The translations under genes were made by a program, and so were the position numbers. The notes under the pieces are model-generated. The model did no database searches, was not told where the DNA came from, and saw only the letters and a list, made by a program, of their open reading frames with translations. DNA of 64,000 nt from the human T2T-CHM13v2.0 reference genome, Homo sapiens: NCBI RefSeq assembly GCF_009914755.1, contig NC_060933.1; one strand, 5' to 3'. Shown piece after piece: positions 17,330 through 33,900 of this stretch. How positions within the stretch are numbered: position 1 is the first letter of the stretch; each line of letters opens with the position of its first letter.

Positions 17330-20260
17330 GTCACCATTGACTGCGCCCTTACCTGTCTTCCACAGGGCTGGGATGGGTGCAGGGGAGGTAGAGGTGAGGC
17401 AGGCTTGGTCGGCCTGAGAGGAGAAGCTCACAGTCCAGCGAGGGAGACGCACAGCAATACAGTTCCAATCCAGCCTGATAGAGCAGCGATGGAGGGAGGA
17501 GGTGGAGCTGGAACACCAAGGAGGGCACCTAGTCCAGCATCAGGGCAGGTGAGGCTTGGCTAGGAAGTGTTGCCAGAGCTGAGCTGTGAAGTAAACATGA
17601 AGGTCAGGTAGGAGCTAGGTGGGCAAAGCAGGGGGCCAGAACATTCTAGGCAAAGGGAGCAGCAGGTGGAAAGACTCTTAAGAGAGCTTGTTGTAGCCAG
17701 GACACCGCATTCAAGTGGCTGTGGCAGTGTGTATGCATATGAGTGTGTGAGTGCAACTGCATGTGTGTGAGAGAATGTGAGTGTGAGTGTGTGTGAGAGA
17801 ATGTGTGAGTGCAAGTGAAAGAATGTGAGTGTGTGTGTGAGTGCGTGTGAGAAAATGTGAGTGTGTGACTGCCTGTGAGAATGTGAGTGTGAGTGCATTT
17901 GAGTGAGAGAATATGTGAGCATGAGTGCATGTGAGTGAATGCATGTGTGTGAGAGAATGTGAGTGCATGTGTGAGAATGTGAGTGTGAGTGTGTGGGAGT
18001 GAATGTGAGTGTGTGAGTGCGTGTGAGAGAATGTGAGAGTGTGAGTGTGAGAATGAGTGTGTGAGAGAGAATGTGAGTGTGTGAGTGAATGTGAGAGAAT
18101 GTGAGTGTGATAATGTGAGTGTGTGTCTGTGTGAGACAATGTGAGTATGAGTGTGTGAGTGCGTTTGAGAGAATGTAAGTGTGTGAGTGCATGTGAGAGA
18201 ATGTGAGTGCGTGTGTGAGAGAATGTGAGTGTGTGTGAATGTGTGCGTTTGAATGTGAGTGTGAGTGCATGTGAGTGAATGAGTCTGAGTGCATGTGAGA
18301 GAATGTGAGTGTGTGAGTGCGTGTGAGTGAATGTGAGTATTGTGAGTGAATGTGTGTGAGTGCATGTGAGTGAGAGAATGTGTGTGTGAGAGAATGTGAG
18401 TGCGAGAATGTGACTGTGTAGGTGTGTGTGAGAGAATGTGTGTGTGAGTGCGTGTGAGTGAATGTGTGTGAGTGCAAGAATGTGAGTGCGTTTGAGAGTA
18501 TGTGTGAGAGATGTGTGTGCGTGTGAGAATGTGTGTGCGTTTGAATGTGTGTGAGTGCGAGTGAGAGAATGAGTGTGTGAGTGAATGTCAGTGAGAGAAT
18601 GAGTGTGATAATGTGAGTGTGTCAGTGTGTGAGAGAGAATGTGAGTATGAGTCTGTGAGTGCATGTGAGAGAATGTGTGTGAGTGCATTGGAGAATGTGA
18701 GTGTGTGAGTGCATGTGAGAAAATGTGTGTGAGTGCGTTTGAGAGAATGTGTGTGTGAGAGAATGTGAGTGTGTGTGTGTGAGAATGTGAGTGCGTTTGA
18801 GAGAATGTGTGTGAGTGCGTGTGAGTGAATGTGAGTGTGTGAGTGCGTGTGAGTGAATGTGTGTGTGAGTGCAAGAATGTGAGTGCGTTTGAGAGAATGT
18901 GTGAGATGTGAGTGTGTGAGTGCGTGAGAGAATGTGAGTGCGTGTGAGAATGTGAGTGTGTGAGTGAATGTCAGTGAGAGAATGAGTGTGATAATGTGAG
19001 TCTGTCAGTGCGTGTGAGAATGTGAGTATGAGTGTGAGTGCATGTGAGAGAATGTGTGTGAGTGCATTGGAGAACGTGAGTGCATGTGAGAAAATTGTGT
19101 GAGTGCGTTTGAGAGAATGTGTGTGAGAATGAGTGTGTGTGTGAGAGAATGTGTGTGAGTGCATTTGAGAATGTGAGTGTGTGAGTGCGTGTGAGAATGT
19201 GTGGGAGTGCGTTTGAGAGAATGTGTTAGTGTGTGAGTGAGAGAATGTGTGTGAGTGAATGTCAGTGAGAGAATGAGTGTGATGTGAGCGTGTCAGTGCA
19301 TGTGAGAGAATGCATGTGTGTGAGTGCGTGTGAAAGAATGCGCGAGTGCGTTTGAGAGAATGTGAGTGTGTGAGTGCGTGTGAGAGAATGTGTGTGTTTG
19401 AGAGACTGAGTGTGAGTGCGTGTGAGTGAATGTGAGTGTGAGTGCGTGTGAGTGAATGTGGGAGTGCATGTGAGTGAATGTGAATTGTGAGTGCACGTGA
19501 GTGAATGTGTGAGTGCGTTTGAAAGAATGTGTGTGAGTGCGTGTGAGAGAATTCGAGTGTGTGACTTCCGTGTGAGTGAATGTGTGTGAGTGCGTTTGAG
19601 AAAATGTGAGTGTGTGAGAGAATGTGAGTGTGAGTGCGTGTGAGAGAATGTGAGTGTGAGTGCAAATGAAAGAATGTGTGAGTGCGTGTGAGAAAAATGT
19701 GAGTGAGTGTGTCTGAGAGAATGTGTGTGTGAATGTGTGTGAGAATATAAGTGTGCATTGAGTGAGAATGTGAGTGTGTGAGAATGTGTGAGAGAATATG
19801 AGTGTGAAAGAATGTGAGTGTATGTGTGTATGAGTGCAAGTGCATGTCTGTGTGTGAATGTGAATGTGTCAGTGTGTGTTAGTGTGTGAGAATGTGTGTC
19901 TGAGTGCGAGTGAATGTGAGTTCATGTGAGTGTGTGACCCCCCAATGTGTGTGAGTGTGAGTGCAAGTGAGTGTGTGAGTGCCAGTGCATGTGTGTGTGT
20001 GAGTGTGTGAATGCATGAGTGCGTTGAGTGTGTGTGGTTGTGTGGGTGTAAGTGTGTGTTTGGAGTAGGGGTGGAGGATATGATAGGAAATGAGGCCAGA
20101 GAGGAAGCCAAGGGCCAGGTGACACTCAGGACCTTGAATGCTGGCTAAATAGCCAGGACTTTATCCCTGAAGGTGATGAGGAGCTATTAAAGGCCATTAA
20201 CCAGAGTGATAGAGTCAGATTCGTGTTCAGAAAAAGCCCATGACTTCAGGGTAAAAGAGG
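17330..20260 (-). mobile_element. L2 element split by the GT/GAAT repeat
   Basis: L2-like sequence on both sides of the repeat, in the expected consensus order (ACATTCTAGGCAAAGGGAGCAGC before; GGACTTTATCCCTGAAGGTGATGAGGAGCTATTAAAGG after). Confidence 0.65.
17725..20060. repeat. ~2.3-kb complex GT/GA/GAAT microsatellite-VNTR
   Basis: Degenerate GTGTGAGAGAATGTGAGT-type units with very few C on the + strand. It generates the His/Thr/Ser/Leu ORFs on the - strand. Confidence 0.95.
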
Positions 20261-21264
20261 AATGGGAAGGGGAGGGGTGAGCGGCAGGGGACCAGAAAGG
20301 AGTCCCTGTCTCTCTCTAACCTCCCTGCCCTCTCCAGTGGGGACCATGGGAGCCCCTCCCATCAGCCTCTACCTGCCCTCAGGCTTGATGTGCCCGGGGC
20401 CAGCTAATTACTGGGTACCTTCTCCTTGAAGACCATCAGAGCAAGCCCAGAGGGGTAGCCCCAAGCTGGGCTTTCCTGGCCCCTAACTGCAGCCTCCACC
20501 TGCTAGGTTTCTGGGCCTGTCCTGATCTGGGTGGGCGGCGCAGGAAATGAGCAGCGGCCCCACCCCTCCGGCAGGTGGGGCCCAGAAAGTCTTGCAGTCA
20601 CCTATCTGGTACCCGCCTGTCTGCGGGAAGCTTTAGCGCCCCAGGTCCCTGCTGTGCTCAACTCTTGAGCTGCTGGCTGAGACTGAGCTTGGGAGGATTC
20701 AGACGGACAGCAGGACCTGACTCCTGTCTTACACCGTCAACCTCTCCGGCGTGGGCTTAGGGAAACCACTGCACCTCTGGGCCGCTTTTCTTCTCTGTAA
20801 AATGAGATTCTAGTGTTTACCTTGAAGACTTGGGAGGTTCACAGGAGAGGACTTAAGCATTTTGCACAAAGCCAGTCACCTGTGGGCACTAAGTGAATGG
20901 GGCTGTGACTGTCATCCTCATATTCTCTGGTGGCCCTGGTTGGAGTCCTTACAAGTTGTGTGACCTTGGGTAAGTTACCCTCAGTGGGACTCAGTTTCTT
21001 CACTTGTAAAATGACCATAACACCAGCATGTATTGTGGGGAATTGTGAGTTAATTCAGGTAAAGGGCTTACAACAGTGCCTGATTTATAGTAAACACACA
21101 ATCATAGATTCTTGAGTTTCTCACAAGAATTGTTTTTTCTCTGATTTGGAGTTCACCACGCAAGCCAGAACCCCGTAAATAGTGCCCTGAGAATCAGTTT
21201 AGGCCCACGAAACCCCCAGCCTCCATATAATGCAACAATTTTAGTGATACAAAGTGCTAGTAAA

Positions 21265-21554
<290 letters not shown>

Positions 21555-22559
21555 CTAGCAACTATGGGTTGAAGACTTACTGTGTACTGATCCTGAGCTT
21601 TACAGATTAGCTGAGGCTCTGCTATGGATAAACTGGCCGCGTCGTTTCCTGCTTCCATTGCTGGCCAACTTCAGTGAATGCTGCTGCCCCTTCCTCTCCC
21701 AAAAATTGATGACAGCTTGAACCAAGCTGAAATTCAGCACACAGCTCTGGGCACTGGGCACTGGTACTCAGGATACCTCCTCGGAGGGCTGGGGAGCCCT
21801 CTTGCCTTCCCACTATCCTGGCTGAGATCCCAGCATGGCTTGACCCAAACCCTCAGTGTGTCTTGGAAAGTCTTGGAAAGTGTCTGAGGAATGAGGTCAG
21901 CTGTGCCCACTGAATTTTTCCCTTTCTGCACCTCAAGGCCAGGGCTTTCTCCAGCTTTCACTTCCCACCCTTTTCTTCAAGCCAGAGCCCTGGACATTAT
22001 CTCAAGTGGTTTTAACTGGTCCATAGCTTAAGCCAGCCTCACTGCCTTTTCCCTTACCACAAGACATTAGATGGGGAAGTGTGCCTGGTGGATTTCACAG
22101 TCAATTATACCGAGATGATTTGGGAAGTGAGATGTGGATTTTGTTCCGTGAATTGTTCAGCTGAGCTTCACACCTGGTGACAGCCATAAGCCACTTCTTG
22201 GTAGGAATAGGCCGTTCATTTATTCAGTTGCCAAACTCTGATACCTTCTCCGTGCCGGAGGGGGATGCCGAGGAGGAGTAAAAACTAGTCAGATCAGGGC
22301 TCGGGGAGGGGAAAAGAGTGGTCCAGGCAAAGGGGACCATGCAAAGGCACATAGGCAGGAAAAGACAGGATATGCCCGGGGCTGTCAAGCAACTTGGAGT
22401 TGAGGCTGAAGACCAGGGACTTAGATCTTGATAAGCCTTGGCAGGGACGATGGAAGAGCATTTGGAGGGACATGCTGGGGTTTTTTTCCTGGCTGCTCTG
22501 CATGCCTTTACTATATTTAGGGTGGGACTTTGGGGATTGCGTCCTACTCCTTTCCTCCC

Positions 22560-23040
22560 CTTCTTTCCTCCCAGTCCAGTGGTTCTGGTAGAAGCAGTTC
22601 CACCAGGACTCCAGGGGAAGCGGCATGTGACCCAAACCTAAGCCAATCCGTGCATTCCACTGCTGTGGCCACAGTGATTGGCTGAGGGACTGGCAATCCG
22701 GCCCAATGGCAGCCCATCCTGGGCTTTGGCTTGAGGACCTGGGAGAGGTCTTTGATCCCTTCTGCTGGTCTCTAATCTGACAGGATGTAGGGGCTGGGGC
22801 CGCTGTCATGACCTCAAAACCATGGGGCTTCTGAGACCGAAGCCAACACAGCAGAAGGCAGCAGCACGGTGGAGCGAAATGAGTTCCAGTGACGTCGTTT
22901 GAGCCCCAAATCCAGCCGAGATGAAGCCAGCCCTAGTCCCTGGCCTTTTTGAGTTTATGATCCAATAAATTCCTTTTTGTTTAAGCCAGTTTAGGTTGGG
23001 TTTTCTGTTACTTGGAACAGAAAGCGTTCTAGCTGATACA
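22560..23040 (+). mobile_element. Old MLT1 (J/K/L-like) LTR in the left arm (mirrored at ~38901-39381)
   Basis: 3' end CCAATAAATTCCTTTTTGTTTAAGCCAGTTTAGGTTGGGTTTTCTGTTACTTG...CTGATACA. Confidence 0.65.
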
Positions 23041-23227
23041 GGTTTCAAACAGGAATGCAACGCCGTCATGTGTTTTAGTAATGTCACTCCGGCAGCCGTG
23101 GTGCAGCAGAGGGACTGGAGGGAGTGAGGTTGGAGGCAGCCACGCCAGTGGGGAGGCCGACATGGTCATCCCAAAGAAGGCTCGTGACCAAGAGGAAGCA
23201 GAACTAGCAGCTCTGGTCTCCGCCGCT

Positions 23228-24027
<800 letters not shown>

Positions 24028-25816
24028 ACTAGCAAGGAAAATGACCACCAGACCAAAAGACTAGAGTGAATATTATGAAAGGGAACAGGAGGCCAGGGGA
24101 GGTGAGGCAATGCTCAGAGGGCACTGGGAGGCACAGAAATGGAAACCTCTGGGCTGGGAGGAGTCCATTTTAGGACATCAAAAGAACTTGTGCACAGGAT
24201 TTCCTAGGGAACCTAGGAGAACCAGAGAGAGCAAGAGCCTAAGGAATGGACAAGGGTGCTTTGCATTTTCAAAATCTGGAAGCCAAGATATTCTGCAAAT
24301 ACATGGGGTTGTGAGCTTAACATCACTCTGGGCAAGGTTCCAGAAAACTCAGGGCTTGGAGAGCACCTAGGAAGGAAAGTAATTCCCAGGACCCCACACT
24401 GATTCCTTAAGAACAAGTCATGCCAGATCAGCCTCATTTCTTTCTTTGTTAGGTTCACTGGATGGGTAGACTTAGGGATGGTGTGATGAGTGATCAGAAT
24501 GAGGCCAGCTTGTGGTGGTCTTCTTGTAAACAGGACAGAGAAAACGTGTGATGGATTCAAAGACGATTAGGAAATTGACTGCCCATAAGGGAAGGGAATT
24601 AACCGATAGGTCTCTGTCTCCTGTAGTGAGGTGCCTGAGGTCCTCTGCTAGGTCCTGTTCTGCCCATCCAAGTTACATGAGACAATGGTAAACAGTGGGA
24701 GGCCCACTTGTCCAATTGGCAGATGGTTTGAGGGAGGAAGAAGCACACATTATGTTGGGAAATAGAGCTCCTTTTTCTTTGAGCGCCTACTTTGCCAGGC
24801 ACCGAGTTTGGCTCAGGCAGAATAATGGTGAATAAGACAGAGAGAGAGAGAGGTATAGCTACTCTCATGGAACTTACTGTTCTGTAGGGGACTCAGGCAA
24901 GCACATTTAGTGCGATAAGCATCCCAAATGACTGTGGCAGGATGGGTTTCCAAGATGAGAGGAGACATGGAAAAATAGAAACACCTGTCCCTGGTTCTAA
25001 AAATCCAGGGAAGCACACTGAAATTACTGCTTCTTATTGACGAGCAGACATGTTACTTAATTTTCTTAGGTAGATGATGTAAGCAAACTTCATTTCTCTG
25101 CAGGAAGAGCCAAGAGCAAAATTATTTCTCCTCTTCCAACAATTCCATATGATGCTTCCAGGTCTGGCAAAAGCATTCCCTCTGTTTAGAACCCACCGAG
25201 TATTTGCTTTCCAAGAGAATTCTAATGTCGCAGTTCATTTAATCAGCAAACACTCCTATCAGAAAGAGATCATTATGTCTCTCCTACAGGTGAGAAAACA
25301 GGCCCACGGACCTACCCAGATCACCAGCCAGAGAATGGCAGAGCTGGGATTAGGCCCACCCCTTCCCAGCGTTGAAGTTCACACTCCATTCACTGTTGGC
25401 CTCCAAGAACCCCCTCCGTTCCCTAATTACTGTGATTCTTTCCCGTTTGAGAGTCTAGCCCCTGGTGGAAGAAAGTTTGTCTTCAAGAAGGAAGATCTGG
25501 CTCTTTGAACAGCCTTGATTCCAGATGGCTGAAGAGTCTCAAAAATAATCAGCATCAGTTTTTCCCCCCAAGTCTGTACTTTTTTCCTTCTCACTAAGGT
25601 AATGCATGTCTATTTTTAACAATTCAAACATTATTTGAATGTTGTTAAAATGAGAGTCACAGGTATTTACCTCCCCCAAAATAGCAGCTGTTGACAATAT
25701 GAGACATATTCTTCCAGTCTTCTCCCATGCAAATATTAATAACACACATAAAAATCATAATAATTGTTAGAATTACTAAATCAAATATGCTATACACCTT
25801 TCTAAAAATTTAACAC

Positions 25817-26795
<979 letters not shown>

Positions 26796-27579
26796 CCTGC
26801 CTTCTTTTAAATAAATACATGGTAAATCAAAGTATGGATGCACCACAGTTATCCTTGCTACTCTCCTGGGGATGGATATTTGGGCTGCTGCCTTTTATTC
26901 ACTTGCAAAAAACATTGCTAGAAGAATTTGTGACCCCTGTCCCACCATACCATGTGCTCCTCACTTGAAGTACTTTGAGTAATTTCAACTAAGGATTTCC
27001 GTTAATGCCCATTCAATGTCTCTCTCCTCTGTGAAGTTCTGTCATTTCTAAGGGAACCCAAGGAATCACGTCTGTGTGTTCAGGGAAATATCTCAGGACC
27101 TGGTTCAGTCCCTGGCACTCGGAAGATCTCAAGAGATCATTTTGCATGAGCAACTGAAAGAACCAGTTACTGAATGGATGTGTGTGTGCTCATGTTCGTG
27201 TCTGCAGGGCATGTGCGTATAATGAGAAACACCGGGCTGAAAGGTATGCATAATTGGAAGTGTTTTTTCCAGCCTGCAAAGTTGCCTCCTGAAAAGAGCG
27301 AAGCAACGTGAGGGAATGAGAGGGCAAGGAAGACACTTTTAGGGGACGTGAGAGCACAGAGTCATATTCCATTTGGTGTCATCAAGGTTCTGGGGACCCA
27401 GTGGGAAATCTTCCCACCCTGGCCTTGAGGAGCTCTCACTTGCTACAGGAGAAAAGAGAAAAAGGAGAGATGAACTTGCTTTGCCCCAGCAGGGGAGACA
27501 GCTCCACCCCAATCCCAGTAGGTGCTGCCTGTTCCCCGCTGGGCCCCACCCTACCTCCAGGCCCTTGGCTTCCCAGCTG

Positions 27580-27806
27580 CCAGTCTTCTCCCATGCAAGT
27601 GTTAATAACGCACATAAAAATCATAATAATTGTTAGAATTACTAAATCGAATATGCTATACACCTTTCCAAAAATTTAACACTGGCCAGGCGCAGCAGCT
27701 CACACCTGTAATCCCAACACTTTGGGAGGCCAAGGCGGGTGGATCGCTTGAACCCAGGAGTTTGAGACCAGCCTGGCCAATATGGTGAAACCCTGCCTCT
27801 ACAAAA
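27580..27806 (+). repeat. 227-bp direct repeat, copy 2 (derived)
   Basis: Runs from CCAGTCTTCTCCCATGC to CCCTGCCTCTACAAAA. The Alu stops at its mid A-rich linker and has no 3' TSD. Confidence 0.92.
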
Positions 27807-28314
27807 CATTTTGTAACAGCAAAACAGCAGTCAAAGACAAAGCCTTTGAAGTCTGTGGCTGCCCTGCCAGCCTTCGGATGGCCACTGCATGCCCTCTCCT
27901 CAAAGGCAGAACAGAAGCAACACCCAGGCCAGCTTTTAAAACTGGTGATTACACCACAGCTGCCCGGGGCTGGAAGCTCGGGCATTGAACAGGGTTTAGA
28001 TGCCTGGAGCCAGCAGTCAGCTGAGCAAAGAGATGGCCCTGTAGGTCCCCTCTGCTCTCATAGCGAGTGCTGTCTTCTGACCTAAGGGACGGCTCCGTGT
28101 GGTTCCACATGCATGTGTGCACTGAGAACAGGAGTGTCCTAGAGGTACAGCTTTCTCACACCCTGCTCTACAGATGTCCACCCCCAACCTTTAGAGAAGC
28201 CATGAGAAGGGCAAGAAGCTTGAGACCTATGGCTTGGTCAGTGGACAGGAAATAGCTGAATCTCCCCTCATTTAGGCTGTACTCCTCTTAGGTGAGAGTC
28301 ACATCTTACCTTTC

Positions 28315-29133
<819 letters not shown>

Positions 29134-29739
29134 TGAGACATCCATTCATTTATTTGCTCACTCAGTCACTCAGTCAATCAGTCAGCCCATCAGTTAACGA
29201 TCCTTTTCTGAGCACAAGTGCAGGGACTGGAGACATAGAGATGAATGAGACACAGTCCCCAGCCCTCAAAAGGCTCATAGTCTAGTGGCCAAAGTTAGTG
29301 TGGACACACACACTTAAAACCCAAAGTGACAAGCAGAGGGACATCCAAGGTGCTGGGAATCAGAGCAGGGAGCGTTTGTTTCTAAGTGGGAGGACCAGAG
29401 AAGGTCTTCAAGAATACGTGATATTTGTGCTGGATCTTGAAACCCCAAGCACTGTGCTGGCACGTCGAGGTGCTTTGTAAATATTTGTTAAATGAAATAA
29501 GTAAGAGAGGGAGGAAGAGAAGGAAGAAGGAAAGATGGGAATTTGCCAAGTGCTGAAGAGTTTTGATGACATGAGACAGTGTGGAGAAGGAGTTACTGAT
29601 CCTGTCCAGAGGCACAGGAGGCTTCTCAGAGGTGGCATGTGAGCAGAACACATCCCACCTCCTGCTCTGGAACTCCTACTATGCGAGGCACATAGTAGCT
29701 GCACAGTAAATGTCGACAGGTGTGGTGGTATTTAATGCT

Positions 29740-30035
29740 ATTTGCTCAACGTTTTCACCTCTCTGATTTCCAGGCACTTGCCAGGATTGCACTTCCTCTG
29801 CCACCTGTAAAGTTAGGTGTAGTCACACGACTTGCCTTGGCCAGTGACATATGAGCAAAAGTGACATGGGTCACCTCTGAACATGTTTCGAGAGCTAGTG
29901 AGCAATTTATCGTGTCCCCTTTGGAGGCTAATATAGAGAAGAGGTCCCCTGCCAGTCTTCAGTGGGCATACAGTAGGAGCCACTGACATTCTGGTGTGGT
30001 TGTTACTGCAGTGGAATCTGTCCTATCCTGACTTA
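29740..30035 (+). mobile_element. Old MLT1-type LTR fragment
   Basis: TTGGCCAGTGACATATGAGCAAAAGTGACATGGGTCACCTCTG resembles the element at 5240. Confidence 0.5.
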
Positions 30036-30442
30036 TGGAACGAATGAGTCAGTGGATCCCAGGGAGGATTTTTGAGTTAAGGCAGGGGCATGAGGCCCCT
30101 TTGGAAGTCACAGGTGTGGTGAGGCTGCAAAGGAATGAATCATCCTGAAGCCCACTAAAAACATTTCTTGAGAAAAGAATCTTGGGGCCCCAGTCTTTGT
30201 TCAGCCAAAGGGAGCTGGAGTGTGCCTCCAGAATGCTAACCTTTCCCACAGCCCCTCGCCCTCTTCTTTCCTAGGGGCAGCATTTTGAGCCTCCTGTTAT
30301 CACGTCTGTAACCCTTGTTCATTCCACTGGGTCATTCATTCATTCCCAAACATTTCTCGTAACCTGCTCTGTGCTGGACCTTGTGCTTGGGGCTGGGGAG
30401 ACCAAGGTGGATGAAACTGGGCACCAAGTCTCAGGAAGCTCA

Positions 30443-30930
<488 letters not shown>

Positions 30931-33900
30931 TAGAGAAGTGATTCTCTCAGGTAGACTTAGCGGCAAGGGTAGAGCTAGGGGATTAGGTGCAGAGATCTCG
31001 TGAAGGACCTAGGGTGCCAGGCTGAGGGATCTGGACTTTGTCCTAATGTCAACAGGGAGCCAGCAAATGTCTTTGGGTAGAGGACGGCCTGGGTGAGAGC
31101 TGAGTTTTTGGCTGTGGGAAATACCAGGCTGCCAGTCTCCAGCTGGGTGACTTGGCAAGTGATGTAACTTCTGTGTACCTCAGTTTCTTCATCTGTAAAG
31201 TGAGAATGACAATTGTATATATCTCATAATGTAGGAAAGGGGAATATTCTAAGGAAAGCTTTTGGCAAGGTGCCTAGCACAGCGTAAGGGTCAGCAAATG
31301 GTGGCTGTGATTATTACTGGCAAAATGTAACATCATGGGGAACAAGAGTGGTGTTGAAGGGCACTGGGAAGGAGGGGATGTCACATTTATCCAGCCACCT
31401 TGCAAACTCTTTGGGCCCTTACAGCTTGCATCCTATATGCCTTGCATCTTCACAAAAGCCAGCATCTCCCTGTGTCCTGGAGGATGGACTAGCCAGGCGG
31501 ATGGAAGGTTTGCAGCAGGCACATCTCCATGAGCACAAGGTCATAGGTCTGTGTCACTGTGGTGATAAACCCTGGGACCAGGGATGGGCAGCTTTGATGT
31601 GCAGCTACAAAGGCCCAGCTGCCCCTGTGGAGATGCCAGGTCTTCACAGGTGATGACACCCCACCCATTTTGAAGCATGTCTTTAATAAGGGCTGTTGGA
31701 GAGGCCAGGCTGTGCTCTGGAAGGTCCCAAAGGCCGCTTCTGGAATAGGTCTGGTTAATACGGGCACAGAACAGAGAGAGCACTACTCACACCCAAATCC
31801 TTCAGATAATTGGGATAAATTTTCCTTTAGGCCCAAAGAGGAAGGATGTCAGCTTTGGTTGTGTGCCTACTATGTGCTGGGACTTGCGCGTCTAGAATCT
31901 CACCAAATCCTCCCAGCTCCCTTGCAAGTTGGTCTTACTGTCCCTGACCTGCAGATGAGCACTCGAGGCTTTGAAGGGCCAGCCACTTGTCACACGGTCA
32001 AAGGAGAGGACCCAGGTGGGAAGAAAGTTCTACCTGACCCTGAAACCCAGTGACTCTTGTTTCTATGGACTTAGGGGGAAAATGTGTTGTGTGTTTTTTT
32101 TCCTTTATGTTTTCATTAAGAGGCAGCATCTCACTCTGTCCTGCAGGATTCTCCCCTCCACCCAAATCTCTGCCTGGGAAACGCTTACTTTTCTTGCTTG
32201 ACAGAGCTCAAGCATCACCTGTCTGAGAAGCCACCCTCGGGTCTCCCCACCATTGCCCTGGCCAGTCTCTGTTATGGCCTATTTGGCGCCTTTCTCTCCC
32301 ATTGGACTGTAAAGTCCTTGAAGACAAAAGTGCTTCTGGGCCTCAAACTTCTAGTTCAGGAGACTCACAGATTTCCTAAGCAGATACTCATCTCTGCACA
32401 TGGTATTTTCCTCAGTAGGAGGGGCTTGAGGGGTAAGGTCAGGGCACGTGCTTCCAGGCAGTAATAGGACCTGACTAAGGCCCACTAAAGTCCCCATCAT
32501 GACCCAGGTGCAGTGCCTGGCACGTGACATAGACTCTCTCATGCACTCCAAATACCTTGTGAGGAAGGTTCTTTTTTGATACCCACTTTGCCCAGGAGAA
32601 ATCTGAGTCCTGGGGAGCCCAAGACCTTTCCAGCTGCTTAATGGCAAATCTCTGATTGCTAACTGAATCTGAATGTATTTTTACAGATTTATTCAATCAT
32701 TCAACATGTCCTTAGGGTCTGCCCTGTGCCAGGTTCTGTTTTAGGCACTGGGGACACAGCCATGAATAGTAGGTGAGGCCTGTGTGAGCGTGTGGGTGTG
32801 AGTGTGTGTGAGTGTGTGTGTGTGAGTGTGGTAGAGGGGGCCGGAGGTGAACAGGCTGAGGATCAGGAAAGGCTTCCAGGAGAAGAAATGAGTTGGGGTT
32901 AGGTCAGCAAAGTTGGGCGGGGTTAGAAAGGCCAGAGGAGGGGAGCAGCAGAGACCAAGGCCTGAGTGGGAGTGAGCACAGGGGCTGGGAAGAGTTGGAG
33001 GAGGGGATTGGGCAGAGGATGGCAAGAGATGGGGCTGGAGAGGGAGACGCACTCAGATCAGATCCTGAGGGGCTTCCTGAGAAGAGTCACCTACACAGGT
33101 TGTTAATGACCCAGCAATCCAGTGCCCTTCGGGGCAGGAAAAAAAGGTTTTCTGCATATTTTATATCATGGAGATTTCCTGTGCCCACACCCCTGCCAAG
33201 TGTATCTCCATGAGAAGACAGAGAAGGGGTCCCCCAAGGCAGGGAGGGAGGCGATCCCGGCTCTCAGAGAGCTCTGCAGTGGAGTATCTGCTGGGTCCTC
33301 AGCCAGAAGCCAGACACCCTCGGGTTTTTTAGACCTTGGGTGCCAACCTGCTGTGTGGGCCTGGGCAAGCTGCTTTGCCTCTCTGAGCCAAAGATAATTC
33401 TGTGTGAAACGAAGAGACAAATCCCTATGTAAGTGTCGTAGAAAAACCTGCCCCTTCATTTCCTCCTGGAAAAAGGAGCTTATTTTGCCCAAGAGGGCCA
33501 GCTCAGGGTAGAATAAAACATTTATTGGATATGCTCGGATTCCTTGCAACTCCCAGCAGGCAGTTAAATGCAGGGCGGAGAAGCTGTCCCAGGAACTTTC
33601 TAAGATGAAAGGGTGTCCTCTGTAAGGACAGCTCCCCACTGGCCCTCTTTGCCAGCCTCCAGGATGCCTCTCCACTCTGCGTAGAGGTCAAGCATGCCAA
33701 GGGCTTTGTTTTTTTCCCACTTCTTCACTCTGCCTCTGTGCCAAGGAGAGTCTAACAAGCCCGATGCTGCCTGCCCATCTCTAGATGTACGTTTCTGAGC
33801 CAGTCTCATCCCCGGCTGAGCACAGCGGTTAAGGGCGTGGATTCAAGCTACTTCCTAGCTGTAAGGCTTGCGGGGAGTAGCTGTGAGACTCAGTTTCCTC

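Noticed and set aside
17560-20125. Long His/Thr/Ser/Leu-rich ORFs (305, 239, 387 and 407 aa) on the - strand
   Set aside because: They are translations of the CA/CT-rich strand of the repeat, which rarely forms stop codons. All three frames are open and there is no gene structure.
22294-22809. Identical 171-aa ORF present twice (also 39132..39647)
   Set aside because: A consequence of the inverted duplication. The sequence derives from L2/MLT1, and the start codon differs between copies (ATG vs GTG).
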